Assembly: GCA_017857855.1 (NCBI GenBank)
Contig: JAFMCI010000005.1
Span: forward strand, 1,760-65,759
From: Bacteroidia bacterium
GTDB taxonomy: Bacteria > Bacteroidota > Bacteroidia > NS11-12g > UBA9320
Length of the DNA: 64,000 nt
Direction: 5' to 3'
The position numbers were made by a program, and so were the translations under genes. This document shows, in pieces, positions 1 through 8,847 of this stretch. Position 1 is the stretch's first letter. Each line of letters opens with the position of its first letter. The notes under the pieces were generated by a model. That model had not been told where the DNA came from, did no database searches, and saw only the letters and a program-made list of their open reading frames with translations.

Positions 1-814
1 ATTTGCCATTGGCAGTGAGTCTAATGCGATTACACGCATCACAAAACGGGTTTGTTACCGTACTAATGATACCAAAACTGCCTTTGTAATTTTTAATTTT
101 ATAGTTTCTTGCCGTGAAGTTTTTCTCGTTGGGTATAGATTCAACACCCACCTCGGCATAGTGTACATTTACAGCCGTTAATACCTCATCAAAAGTCACC
201 AATTTTGACTTATCCCAATTGTTTCCATCAAAAGGCATAAATTCAATAAAACGCACATTAATCGGTTTATCACGTGTGTAATTTATGAAATCAATAATCT
301 CATCGTCATTAAAACCTTTCATAAGAACCACGTTTAGTTTTACCATAAAACCCTCCTGTATGAGCAGTTCTATATTGCTCATTGCTTTACTAAACTGATC
401 TCTTTTGGTTATGGCATCAAATTTTGTGGTATTAAGCGTGTCAAGGCTTACGTTAATGTCTTTTAAGCCACAAGATTTGAACGTTTCAATGTATCGGTCT
501 ACCAATATTGCATTGGTGGTAATGGATAGTTTAACGGGCAAAGTAGACAAAGATGTTAAAATCTCTGAAAAGTCTTTTCTTAGCAAAGGTTCTCCGCCGG
601 TTAGCCTTATTTTATCTACTCCGTTTTGAACAAATAATGCTGCAATATGGAAGACCTCATTAGCAGTCATAAGTTGAGATTGAGGAGATAACAATACGCC
701 ATTTTCTGGCATACAATACGTACATCTCAAGTTACATTTCTCGGTAAGTGAAATACGTAAATAATTATGCTCTCGCCCGAAGCTATCCGTTAAAGTAGCA
801 CTAACTTTTTTCAT
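1..814 (-). CDS. moaA: GTP 3',8-cyclase MoaA (radical SAM); 3' end lies beyond the left edge of the window
   Basis: Not in the ORF track because it runs off the edge. My translation from ATG (812-814, minus) gives MKKVSATLTDSFGREHNYLRISLTEKCNLRCTYCMPENG..., with the CxxxCxxC radical-SAM motif and GGEPLLRKD. ATGA overlap with the upstream gene's stop. Confidence 0.9.
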   Translation of the reverse strand, partial: MKKVSATLTDSFGREHNYLRISLTEKCNLRCTYCMPENGVLLSPQSQLMTANEVFHIAALFVQNGVDKIRLTGGEPLLRKDFSEILTSLSTLPVKLSITTNAILVDRYIETFKSCGLKDINVSLDTLNTTKFDAITKRDQFSKAMSNIELLIQEGFMVKLNVVLMKGFNDDEIIDFINYTRDKPINVRFIEFMPFDGNNWDKSKLVTFDEVLTAVNVHYAEVGVESIPNEKNFTARNYKIKNYKGSFGIISTVTNPFCDACNRIRLTANGK

Positions 815-1719
815 AAGTGACGTTCTCCATCTAACACCTTAAAACTGTGAAATAGCGCTGGGAAGACAGCATCTAAACTTTCGGCTACACCTTTGCTTGA
901 TCCTGGCAATGCTAACACCAAGCACCTTCCTATTGTTCCAACAACACTGCGCGATAACATAGCATACGGCATTCGTTCTTGACCATATCTGCGAAGCGTC
1001 TCTTCAGCGCCAATAAGACGTTTGTCTAACAATGGTATAATAGCCTCAGGAGTTACGTCGCGTGAAGACAAACCAGTGCCACCCGTAAGTATTATCACAT
1101 TATATGTTTGCACTAATGCAGTAACTGTGCTTTGTATCTTTTCAAAATCATCTGGTATTATCTGCACATCAGCTTGAGCTAAACCAAAATTAAGTATCCG
1201 TTCTTGTATGATTTGACCGGAAGTATCCTTTCCGTTACCTGCAGAAATGGAGTCAGAACAAACTACAATTCCGGCCTTTAGATGAGAAACATCGGCAGTA
1301 GGATAGGAGCTTTTACCCCCTTTTTTTTCGAGGAGTTTAATATGATGAATCTCAATGCCTTTATCTATTGGTTTTAGCATGTCATACATGTTTAAGGCAA
1401 CTATACTAGCGCCATGCATTGCTTCCACTTCTACACCTGTTTTGTAGATGGTTTTTATCGTTACGCTCACGGTTATCTCCAAGCCATCTATACTATATTC
1501 TATTCCCGTATATTCAATGGGCATAGGATGACAATCGGGTAAGAGTTCTGGTGTTTTTTTAACGCCAAGCAATCCAGCAGCTTTACTCATCGCGAATACA
1601 TCACCTTTAGGCACTGTGTTATTCTTAATCGCGGCAATAGTATCTGGCGTACTCACTTTTACCACAGCCTGTGCTGTAGCCACCCGAAGCGTGTTTGATT
1701 TGTGGGTTATGTCAATCAT
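811..1719 (-). CDS. moaC: Bifunctional molybdenum cofactor biosynthesis protein MoaC/MoaB
   Basis: The N-terminal half is MoaC-like (MIDITHKSNTLRVATAQA..., GVEVEAMHGASIVALNMYDM). The C-terminal half is MoaB/Mog-like (GIVVCSDSISAG, ILTGGTGLSSRDVTPEA). 4-nt overlaps with both neighbours. Confidence 0.85.
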   Translation of the reverse strand: MIDITHKSNTLRVATAQAVVKVSTPDTIAAIKNNTVPKGDVFAMSKAAGLLGVKKTPELLPDCHPMPIEYTGIEYSIDGLEITVSVTIKTIYKTGVEVEAMHGASIVALNMYDMLKPIDKGIEIHHIKLLEKKGGKSSYPTADVSHLKAGIVVCSDSISAGNGKDTSGQIIQERILNFGLAQADVQIIPDDFEKIQSTVTALVQTYNVIILTGGTGLSSRDVTPEAIIPLLDKRLIGAEETLRRYGQERMPYAMLSRSVVGTIGRCLVLALPGSSKGVAESLDAVFPALFHSFKVLDGERHL

Positions 1720-2153
1720 TTATTCTTCTTCCATTGGTAAGCTCCCGTTTCAAAGATTTCCTTGCCAAAGATAGGCACTTCATTTTTTATTCTATCTACA
1801 ATATATTCTGTAGCCTCATATACCTGAGGACGGTGTGCAGCAGATACAAAAACAAAAAAACAAATCTCGCCCACATTTACTTTACCCAAACTATGATAGA
1901 TGTGCATACAACTCAAATCAAATTTCTGGAACGTTTCTTCTCTAATGGTATACAAAATAGGATCAGCCATTTCTTCGTAACACGAAAATTCAATCGCACT
2001 TACAGTTTGTCCTTCAATTACATCTGCTCTCACCTGCCCTAAGAATATATTATGAGCACCAATGTCTGTTTTTGACTGATGCTTGGCAATGGCACTTGCT
2101 ATAAAATCTGGCGTAATCTCACCGTCTATGAATACCTTTTTTTTATCTGACAT
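1716..2153 (-). CDS. moaE: Molybdopterin synthase catalytic subunit MoaE
   Basis: 145 aa, a typical MoaE size, located between moeB and moaC. MoaE-like segments include HNIFLGQVR and FVSAAHR. Confidence 0.8.
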   Translation of the reverse strand: MSDKKKVFIDGEITPDFIASAIAKHQSKTDIGAHNIFLGQVRADVIEGQTVSAIEFSCYEEMADPILYTIREETFQKFDLSCMHIYHSLGKVNVGEICFFVFVSAAHRPQVYEATEYIVDRIKNEVPIFGKEIFETGAYQWKKNK

Positions 2154-2156
2154 AGC

Positions 2157-3197
2157 TTAGCTTATTTGACTATTTACTTGGTTGATTTGTGCTGCGGTTT
2201 CGTGAAGGCAATACACATTGGTGTAGCCATTTTCTATTAATATGTGGTGTGCATCAATGCTTCGATTACCACTCTGGCAAAATATATAAATTTCTTTATT
2301 TCTAGGTACTAAAGAGAGCTGAATAGTTAAAGAAGCCAACGGAATACGTAAATAGTTTTCTAAAGTGATGAACGGCAGTTCTTCGTCATTGCGTACATCT
2401 AAAAAGATGCCGATTTGTTTCGTTTGCCCAAGCCTTATTTTTTCTATGGGTGCATAGGTTAGTGCAAAAAATGATGGGGTAATAAAATCATGGTGTTGGG
2501 TATCGTAGGCAAAATGAGTCTGTCTATTGGTCAAAGTATCTACCAATAACATTTCATTGGTGAGCAATTGACCGATTTCTAGAAAATACTTTAACACTTC
2601 ATTAGCTTGATATAAACCCGCCATTGCCACCGTGGTTGGCATTACACCTGCTTCTGCACACGTTTGGCTATTTGTTGGCGACAATGGGTACAAACACCTG
2701 TATGAGCCTGATTGGTGGGCATTGAATACAGCTACTTGAAACTGAAAACGATACACGGAAGCATGCACAAATGGTTTATTCGTCAATATACTTGCATCAT
2801 TTATTAAATACCTAGCTTCTATGGCATCCGTAGCATCTACTATTAGGTCGTAATTTCTGAAGAGCGCTAAGGCATTTTGTCCAGTTAGAAATTCGGAATA
2901 GGATTTAAATTCAATAGCTGGAAATTGTATACTTAGCTTTTTACAGGCAGTTTCTGACTTAGACAATGCTATATCGCTTTCAGAAAACAAAACTTGTCTG
3001 TGTAAATTACACAAGCTCACTTCATCGCCATCTATAACACCTAGCGTTCCAATTCCTGATGAGGCTAGATAAGGAAGAACAGCGTTACCAAGTCCACCCG
3101 CACCTACGATTAATACGCGGGCTTGCGCTAATTTCTCTTGCCCGCTTTCTCCAACTTGGGGAAGTGTCATTTGTCGTGTATATCTCCTGTCTAACAT
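2157..3197 (-). CDS. moeB: Molybdopterin-synthase adenylyltransferase MoeB (ThiF/HesA family) with C-terminal rhodanese-like domain
   Basis: RYTRQMTLPQVGESGQEKL and the Rossmann loop VLIVGAGGLGNAVLPYL. The C-terminal ~100 aa carry a rhodanese-type Cys loop (IFCQSGNRS). Confidence 0.8.
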   Translation of the reverse strand: MLDRRYTRQMTLPQVGESGQEKLAQARVLIVGAGGLGNAVLPYLASSGIGTLGVIDGDEVSLCNLHRQVLFSESDIALSKSETACKKLSIQFPAIEFKSYSEFLTGQNALALFRNYDLIVDATDAIEARYLINDASILTNKPFVHASVYRFQFQVAVFNAHQSGSYRCLYPLSPTNSQTCAEAGVMPTTVAMAGLYQANEVLKYFLEIGQLLTNEMLLVDTLTNRQTHFAYDTQHHDFITPSFFALTYAPIEKIRLGQTKQIGIFLDVRNDEELPFITLENYLRIPLASLTIQLSLVPRNKEIYIFCQSGNRSIDAHHILIENGYTNVYCLHETAAQINQVNSQIS

Positions 3198-3431
3198 TTA
3201 TCCTCCGGCAAAGGGTGAGAGTAGGGCTACTTCATCATTTTCATTCAAATGAATATCTTTATCCATTGCTACCAACTTATGATTTATAGCGACATAAAAG
3301 TCATTGGATGTTAGATTATAGGTGCTTGATAAATAGGAAATTACTTCGTGCAACGTTTCTCCTTTTATCATCAGTTCTTCGGTAGATTTACCTGTTATAT
3401 CTGCTATTTCTCCAAAGTATGTAATTCTCAT
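3198..3431 (-). CDS. moaD: Molybdopterin synthase sulfur-carrier subunit MoaD
   Basis: 77 aa ending in the diglycine SPFAGG. Its stop directly abuts the moeB start. Confidence 0.75.
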   Translation of the reverse strand: MRITYFGEIADITGKSTEELMIKGETLHEVISYLSSTYNLTSNDFYVAINHKLVAMDKDIHLNENDEVALLSPFAGG

Positions 3432-3433
3432 TT

Positions 3434-4180
3434 TTATACTAAAAAAAGTTTGACCGTGGCTATTACCAATACTCCTGCAAGCAAATACTTAAGCGTGTTA
3501 ATGTTAAATTTTTGACTTCCATATAAAGCTCCTAAACTCCCACCTAACAAAGCAACAGGCATAAAATACCAGGCTTCCAAAGGTATTTGCTTGCCTTGAA
3601 TAATAAAGCCCGTTATTCCTGCAAGAGAATTGACAAAAATAAACAATGCAGAAACAGCAGCAGCTTGCTTCATGTTACCCCATCCAAGTAAGATAATAAT
3701 AGGACTTAATATAATTCCGCCTCCAATACCAATCATTCCAGAAAAGAGACCAATGGCTGATCCGATAATCAGTGATCCTGTGATACTAGATGGTACGATT
3801 TTGTTCTTTTCTGTGCCAAAAATATTGAGCATTCGTAGTATAGCGATGGCTAAAAAGAAACCTAATATTTTTTTATAAAGGCCGGCATCAATGGAAATAT
3901 ATCCGCCTAAAAATGCCATGGGGATGGACGTAATGGCGAAGGGATAAAATAGATTCCACTTAAAATGATTGTTCTTTTTAAAAAACCAAAAGGATACGCC
4001 TGAAACAAATACGTTGAGCAGCAATGCAGTTGGCTTCATACTAATTACGGGGAGCGAGAATAGTGCCATAAGTGCCAAATATCCGCTTGCGCCTCCATGA
4101 CCTACACTCGCGTATAAAAATGCCACTACGAGCAAAATACTCATGAACATAAACAAGATATCGAGCTTAAGTAGTTCCAC
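3434..4180 (-). CDS. TauE/SafE (DUF81) family sulfite/anion exporter-like membrane protein
   Basis: Very hydrophobic, about 8 TM segments, with two Gly-rich repeats (VGHGGASGY, IGIGGGIIL). The first codon at 4180 is GTG; in-frame ATGs at 4150 and 4144 are alternative starts. Confidence 0.7.
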   Translation of the reverse strand: MELLKLDILFMFMSILLVVAFLYASVGHGGASGYLALMALFSLPVISMKPTALLLNVFVSGVSFWFFKKNNHFKWNLFYPFAITSIPMAFLGGYISIDAGLYKKILGFFLAIAILRMLNIFGTEKNKIVPSSITGSLIIGSAIGLFSGMIGIGGGIILSPIIILLGWGNMKQAAAVSALFIFVNSLAGITGFIIQGKQIPLEAWYFMPVALLGGSLGALYGSQKFNINTLKYLLAGVLVIATVKLFLV

Positions 4181-4181
4181 T

Positions 4182-5351
4182 TTACAATTTTAAGTAGGTG
4201 ATTTTTTCTCCTTTTTTAATGAATGTTACGTGTGAAGGAATCACCAAAATCGCATTACACACTGCAAATGATTTTAGCATAGATGATGCTTGCCCAGATA
4301 GGAGAGTTGCTTGTTCATTCTCTACCATTCCTTTTAGAAAAAGTGTTTTACCCGATTTATTGTCAATATCATCAGCAGCAAAAGCCTCAGCACTTGGTAA
4401 ATGGCAATCCCGGTGACCCAGTTGTGCTTTTAGTAATGGCAGAACATAGATATAAAAACAACTTAAACTTGATGCAGGGTTTCCGGGTAAGGCAAATACC
4501 TTCGTTTTATCTTTAACGCCAAACCACAAGGGTTTTCCTGGACGTTGATTTACTTTATAAAAAACTTCAGAAACACCATTAGCCTCCAAGGCTTGCTTAA
4601 CGAAGTCATAATCGCCTACAGAAATACCACCAGATATTAATACAACATCAGATTGAGCGATACATTTTTTTATAGCTTCAGTAGTTTGTGCTAAGTCATC
4701 TCCAACCATAGCCGTATTGACCTTGTTAATGCCCAGACGTTTCAATGCCATTTTGAGCGTAATGGAGTTGCTCTCATACACTTGACCATCTTCAAGTTGA
4801 TCTCCAGATTGCTGTAATTCATTACCTGTGATGAGTATGCTCACTTTAGGTCTTTTGTATACCTTAACTCTAGTAGCGCCAATACTTGCCAAAAATCCAA
4901 TTGCCGCTTCATTTAGCTCAACTCCTTTGGTGAGCGCAATTTCTCCAGCATTTATTTGCTCTCCAATAGGACGAACATTAGCGTACTTATTGGGTAAAAT
5001 TTCAATATTTAGTTGATTGCCTTGACGCTGAACATGCTCCTGCATTATTACGGTATCTGCAGAATCTGGCACGCGAGCACCTGTAAATATTCGCACGGCT
5101 TCACCTTGATTTAGCTGCAAATTTCTTGCGCTACCTGCTTGTATTTCGCCCACAACGGTGTAACAATCACTGTCAGAATGAGCAAAGGCGTATCCATCCA
5201 TAGATGACTGTTTAAATGGTGGCATATGGATAGCTGAAATCACATCTTCTGCTAAAACTAAACCCATTGTCTTTATGATCGGTTTAACTTTTATTGCATT
5301 AAACTGTGCGTGTTTTTCGATGAGTTGAAGTGCTTCTGAAACAGATATCAT
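4182..5351 (-). CDS. moeA: Molybdopterin molybdenumtransferase MoeA
   Basis: 389 aa with MoeA-like segments SMDGYAF, ISGGISVGDYDFVK and ALPGNPASS. Confidence 0.85.
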   Translation of the reverse strand: MISVSEALQLIEKHAQFNAIKVKPIIKTMGLVLAEDVISAIHMPPFKQSSMDGYAFAHSDSDCYTVVGEIQAGSARNLQLNQGEAVRIFTGARVPDSADTVIMQEHVQRQGNQLNIEILPNKYANVRPIGEQINAGEIALTKGVELNEAAIGFLASIGATRVKVYKRPKVSILITGNELQQSGDQLEDGQVYESNSITLKMALKRLGINKVNTAMVGDDLAQTTEAIKKCIAQSDVVLISGGISVGDYDFVKQALEANGVSEVFYKVNQRPGKPLWFGVKDKTKVFALPGNPASSLSCFYIYVLPLLKAQLGHRDCHLPSAEAFAADDIDNKSGKTLFLKGMVENEQATLLSGQASSMLKSFAVCNAILVIPSHVTFIKKGEKITYLKL

Positions 5352-5380
5352 GGTTATTTATTGAATAATAAAATAAGTAA

Positions 5381-6349
5381 CTAGCAGCAACCTCCGCCGT
5401 CATAATGAAAAGTAGATTCACTAATAAAAATATCGTCTCGGTTTAACGATGCTAATGCTCCAGCGGTTTTATCACATACGGCAAGAGGCTGATTTTTGAG
5501 AAGTATATGGCCTTTTTGGTCATCAAAAACTTCATCGTCACCAAAGTAAATGGCGGCTTTGCCTGTGAAGATACAAGGACCATCTGCAGGCATAGGATCT
5601 TTAATGGCAGCCACCTCTATAGATTCGATGTAAATTACTTCATCTGTTTGGTAGTTTTTAGGGTCCAATATTCTGTAAGGCTTTCTAGCTCTAATTTCAA
5701 TGGTTCCAAAACCAGCATCAGTTAGTTTTTTAACGTATTCATCAATGGGCAAACTCCCACTTAAGCATAAAGCCCTCAGTCTATCGTCATTTCTCAAGGT
5801 CTCGTTCATAGGCTGTTCGCATGTAGGATCGCTCATTACCAATCTTCCATGAGGTTTTAACACCCGATACATTTCGTGTATCGCTTTTTCTAGGTCATTC
5901 TCTTTAAAAATATTAAACAAGCAGTTTTGAGCGGCAACATCAATAGTATTGTCTTCTACAGGTAGGTTCAGAGCATCTCCTTTTCTGAGATCGACAAAAC
6001 TGCTCTTAAACCAATTGTTTTGCGTTTCAGCTTCTATAAAGTTTTTGCGAGAAGCTTCTAGCATTTCATCAACTACATCTATACCTATAACACCATTTTC
6101 TTGTCTTGAAAAATAGGCAAATTGTAAAAGCTCCATACCACCACCAGCACCAACATATAATATCTTTGGATTGTTGGTTAAATCTCTTGCATGAACGGTG
6201 CTACCGCATCCATAGTTCATTCGTTGCATAATCAGTGGAATCTTTAATCCGGGTAGTTCCCAGATTGGATTGGTGGTGCAACATAGACCCACATTAGGTG
6301 TTAATGCAGCGTCTTTATATAAGTCGTTTGTAGCATCTAGATAGCTCAT
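5381..6349 (-). CDS. arsM: ArsM-like As(III) S-adenosylmethionine methyltransferase (arsenosugar-cluster type)
   Basis: SAM motif I ILYVGAGGGMEL. Cys residues sit at ArsM-like positions (GLCCTT, NYGCGST, AQNCLFN, ALCLSGS). The protein ends in GGGCC. ATGA overlap with the upstream PNP gene. Confidence 0.65.
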   Translation of the reverse strand: MSYLDATNDLYKDAALTPNVGLCCTTNPIWELPGLKIPLIMQRMNYGCGSTVHARDLTNNPKILYVGAGGGMELLQFAYFSRQENGVIGIDVVDEMLEASRKNFIEAETQNNWFKSSFVDLRKGDALNLPVEDNTIDVAAQNCLFNIFKENDLEKAIHEMYRVLKPHGRLVMSDPTCEQPMNETLRNDDRLRALCLSGSLPIDEYVKKLTDAGFGTIEIRARKPYRILDPKNYQTDEVIYIESIEVAAIKDPMPADGPCIFTGKAAIYFGDDEVFDDQKGHILLKNQPLAVCDKTAGALASLNRDDIFISESTFHYDGGGCC

Positions 6350-7158
6350 AAATTTTTAATTAATTGGGTGAATAAGATTACTAACTGTGGCTCTGTTTTT
6401 TCTACGATTTCCATTATCTCTGGTATATTGATTGGGCTCAAATTATTTGGATCACACTCATCTGTAAGTACAGAGATGGCCGCAACATGTAGGCTCAGTT
6501 GTTTGGCTACAATAACCTCAGGGACCGTACTCATACCCACTGCATCTGCACCTAGTATTTTAAGCATTCGATATTCTGCTCTTGTTTCCAATTGAGGGCC
6601 AACCACACTAGCATACACGCCTTTATTCAGTTTAATGTTCTGCTTTTGAGATATGGTTTCCAAAAGACCCATAAGACGAAAGTCATATGGCTCACTCATG
6701 TCTACAAACCTATCTCCAAGTTTTTCAATACCTTTAAACGCAAGAGGAGATCCGCCTTGTAAGTTAAGGTGATCTTCGACCATCATTAACTCTCCTTTTT
6801 TGTAAGCCAGATTAATGGCCCCTGCGGCATTACTCAACAATAGTGTATGAATTCCTAAAGCGTGCAAAACTCTAATAGGAAAAGTTACTTCATCTAGGCT
6901 ATAACCCTCGTAAACGTGCAATCGGCCTTGCATTACAAGCACTTTTTTGCCTTCAATGTCACCAAAAATCAACTTACCCGCATGGTATTCCACCGTAGAG
7001 TTAGCAAAATGCGGAATCTCTTGATAGGAAATCTCTTTAAGAATATTTACTTGGTCTATAAATTTATTTAAGCCAGTACCCAAAACAATGCCTATTTCAG
7101 GTTTTTCAATGCCGTGTTGTTGTAAAAATTGGGTGGTTTGCTTTAGCTGTTCTAACAT
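6346..7158 (-). CDS. Purine-nucleoside phosphorylase (trimeric PNP family)
   Basis: 270 aa with IGIVLGTGLNKF, LVMQGRLHVYEGY, GPQLETRAEYRML and GADAVGMSTVPEV, typical of PNP/MTAP family enzymes. Confidence 0.85.
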   Translation of the reverse strand: MLEQLKQTTQFLQQHGIEKPEIGIVLGTGLNKFIDQVNILKEISYQEIPHFANSTVEYHAGKLIFGDIEGKKVLVMQGRLHVYEGYSLDEVTFPIRVLHALGIHTLLLSNAAGAINLAYKKGELMMVEDHLNLQGGSPLAFKGIEKLGDRFVDMSEPYDFRLMGLLETISQKQNIKLNKGVYASVVGPQLETRAEYRMLKILGADAVGMSTVPEVIVAKQLSLHVAAISVLTDECDPNNLSPINIPEIMEIVEKTEPQLVILFTQLIKNL

Positions 7159-7778
7159 ATTACAGGATCTTTAGTTCTTTTAAGGTATTCTTTGTACAAT
7201 TTACTTGCGATCAAATCTTCGAAAGTGTCTATGTCATTTAAGGTGTTTAATAAACCTACTTTTATGTGATGTTTTTTGATTTCTGCTAACGTTATTTCGA
7301 GTAGCTCTGGCTCACTCCAAGGCTTATGCTCGAAAATATGATTAGTCATGCTAGATAATCCAACTAAATAATAGCCTCCGTCTGCTGCAGGACCAAATAC
7401 CATATCCTTATTTTCTAAATGTAAAAATGCATGACGAATTAACTCATCTGAAATGTCTGGTAAATCAGATCCGATCAAAACAATCTTTTTATAGCCTTGG
7501 TCAAAACCCTTTTGGAAAGCATTTTTCATCCGTTCACCTATATCTTCTCCATGCTGTACCATTTTGACATCTGAAAGCCATCTTGAATCATCTACCACCT
7601 CGGAATAGTAAATAATTTTATCCATAGGCAAAGATGATGTGGCACTCTCTGTTAAATCTAAAAGACGGTTGTATATCAACAAAGACTCATGACCGCCAAT
7701 ACTCTTTGCCAATCGGGTTTTTACCTTGCCTAAGACACTATTTTTAACAAAAATGATAACTAATAAATCTTGATTCAT
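7152..7778 (-). CDS. DUF2064-type nucleotidyl/glycosyltransferase-like protein (TIGR04282-like, rSAM-associated 'transferase 1')
   Basis: LLVIIFVKNSVLGKVKTRL and GPAADGGYYLVG are DUF2064 hallmarks, recalled from memory. I place the start at ATG 7778, 13 nt after the arsS stop. The track start at 7826 would overlap arsS by 35 nt. Confidence 0.6.
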   Translation of the reverse strand: MNQDLLVIIFVKNSVLGKVKTRLAKSIGGHESLLIYNRLLDLTESATSSLPMDKIIYYSEVVDDSRWLSDVKMVQHGEDIGERMKNAFQKGFDQGYKKIVLIGSDLPDISDELIRHAFLHLENKDMVFGPAADGGYYLVGLSSMTNHIFEHKPWSEPELLEITLAEIKKHHIKVGLLNTLNDIDTFEDLIASKLYKEYLKRTKDPVIC

Positions 7779-7791
7779 ACTTCTATTTAAT

Positions 7792-8847
7792 TTAGATAAC
7801 GGATCCTTGACAACTACTGCCTGCACCTGCGGTGCAACCGTAGCAATGCTGTGAAATGACTATATCTCTATTCCATAATACTTCCTCGTTAAAATCATTA
7901 ATGTGTTTTACCTTACTATTTACTTTAAGTTCTAACATTTGGTTGAAATCGCAATCATAAAGCCATCCATCCCAGCTTACAGATAGGGTATTTGTACACA
8001 TTACATTTGCCAACGCAGCAGGATTGAAAGCGTCAACCAAGGTATACATGTAGTCCTCATAATTATCTGAAACCAGGAGATAATCTAAAAATCTACTGAT
8101 AGGTAAATTGGTTATTGCAAAGAGATTATGGAAGTTTATTTGGAAATCTGTAATGAGATTTCTTTTAAACTCAATTTCTAAAGCCGTTTGGTCTCCAGGC
8201 AAGAAAGCACCTGATGGGTTGTACACTAAGTCTAGCTTTAGAGAACTTCCTGGCATTCCGTAACCTATTTCATTTAATTCTTGAAGTGCTTCTATTGATT
8301 TCTGAAAAACACCGTCGCCGCGTTGTTTATCTGTTTTACCTTTGGTCCAATGGGGCATTGATGATACGACATGAATATTGTGTTCTTTAAAAAAAAGAGG
8401 TAAATCATGGTACTTTTTGTTGGCCTTTATGATGGTAAGATTAGAACGAACAATAAAATCAGCTATTCCGAGCTTGGACGCTTCCTCTACAAACCATCTA
8501 AAATTCGGATTCATTTCTGGTGCACCTCCCGTCAAATCTAACGTATGCACACCCGTCTTTTTTATAACGTCTAGACACTGTAGCATGGTGTCTTTACTCA
8601 TTATTTCTTTACGATCTGGGCCTGCATCTACATGACAATGCTCACAAACTTGATTACACATATAACCAAGGTTTAGCTGCAAAATTTCCAATTTATTAGC
8701 TCGCAAGGGATGATCTTGTCCGTTGCTAATTTTATGCTTAAACGTAGGCAAAGAGCCATCCTTAAAAATTCCATTTGATAAAATTTCAAGTTGCTTCTGC
8801 GGCTTTGATAAGTGGTCTTCTCTAAGGTGCAACGACTTTTTAATCAT
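7792..8847 (-). CDS. arsS: ArsS-type radical SAM / Cys-rich domain protein (arsenosugar biosynthesis radical SAM family)
   Basis: CxxxCxxC motif (CNQVCEHC), LDLTGGAPEMNP, and the C-terminal Cys-rich tail CYGCTAGAGSSCQG. 1-nt TAATG overlap with the upstream gene. Confidence 0.7.
   Translation of the reverse strand: MIKKSLHLREDHLSKPQKQLEILSNGIFKDGSLPTFKHKISNGQDHPLRANKLEILQLNLGYMCNQVCEHCHVDAGPDRKEIMSKDTMLQCLDVIKKTGVHTLDLTGGAPEMNPNFRWFVEEASKLGIADFIVRSNLTIIKANKKYHDLPLFFKEHNIHVVSSMPHWTKGKTDKQRGDGVFQKSIEALQELNEIGYGMPGSSLKLDLVYNPSGAFLPGDQTALEIEFKRNLITDFQINFHNLFAITNLPISRFLDYLLVSDNYEDYMYTLVDAFNPAALANVMCTNTLSVSWDGWLYDCDFNQMLELKVNSKVKHINDFNEEVLWNRDIVISQHCYGCTAGAGSSCQGSVI

Noticed and set aside
405-629. 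74-aa plus-strand ORF at the left end.
   Set aside because: It lies inside moaA on the opposite strand. The minus-strand translation has unmistakable MoaA motifs.
1695-2042. 115-aa plus-strand ORF overlapping moaE, and similar small ORFs overlapping moeB, the TauE-like gene and moeA (3059..3289, 3630..3878, 4198..4516, 4828..5016).
   Set aside because: All are embedded antisense in confidently assigned Moco genes, and none has a recognisable domain.
5352-5380. Possible Moco riboswitch or internal promoter ahead of moeA, and likewise in 9183..9468.
   Set aside because: The 29-nt arsM-moeA gap is far too short for the Moco RNA motif. I could not recognise the conserved Moco riboswitch features in the 286-bp region either. 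Only an Rfam scan could settle this.
7779-7826. Longer version of the DUF2064 gene starting at 7826.
   Set aside because: It would overlap the arsS 3' end by 35 nt and add a non-conserved MQAVVVKDPLSKLNRS extension. The ATG at 7778 gives the typical family N-terminus (LLVIIFVK..GKVKTRL). The choice is not certain.
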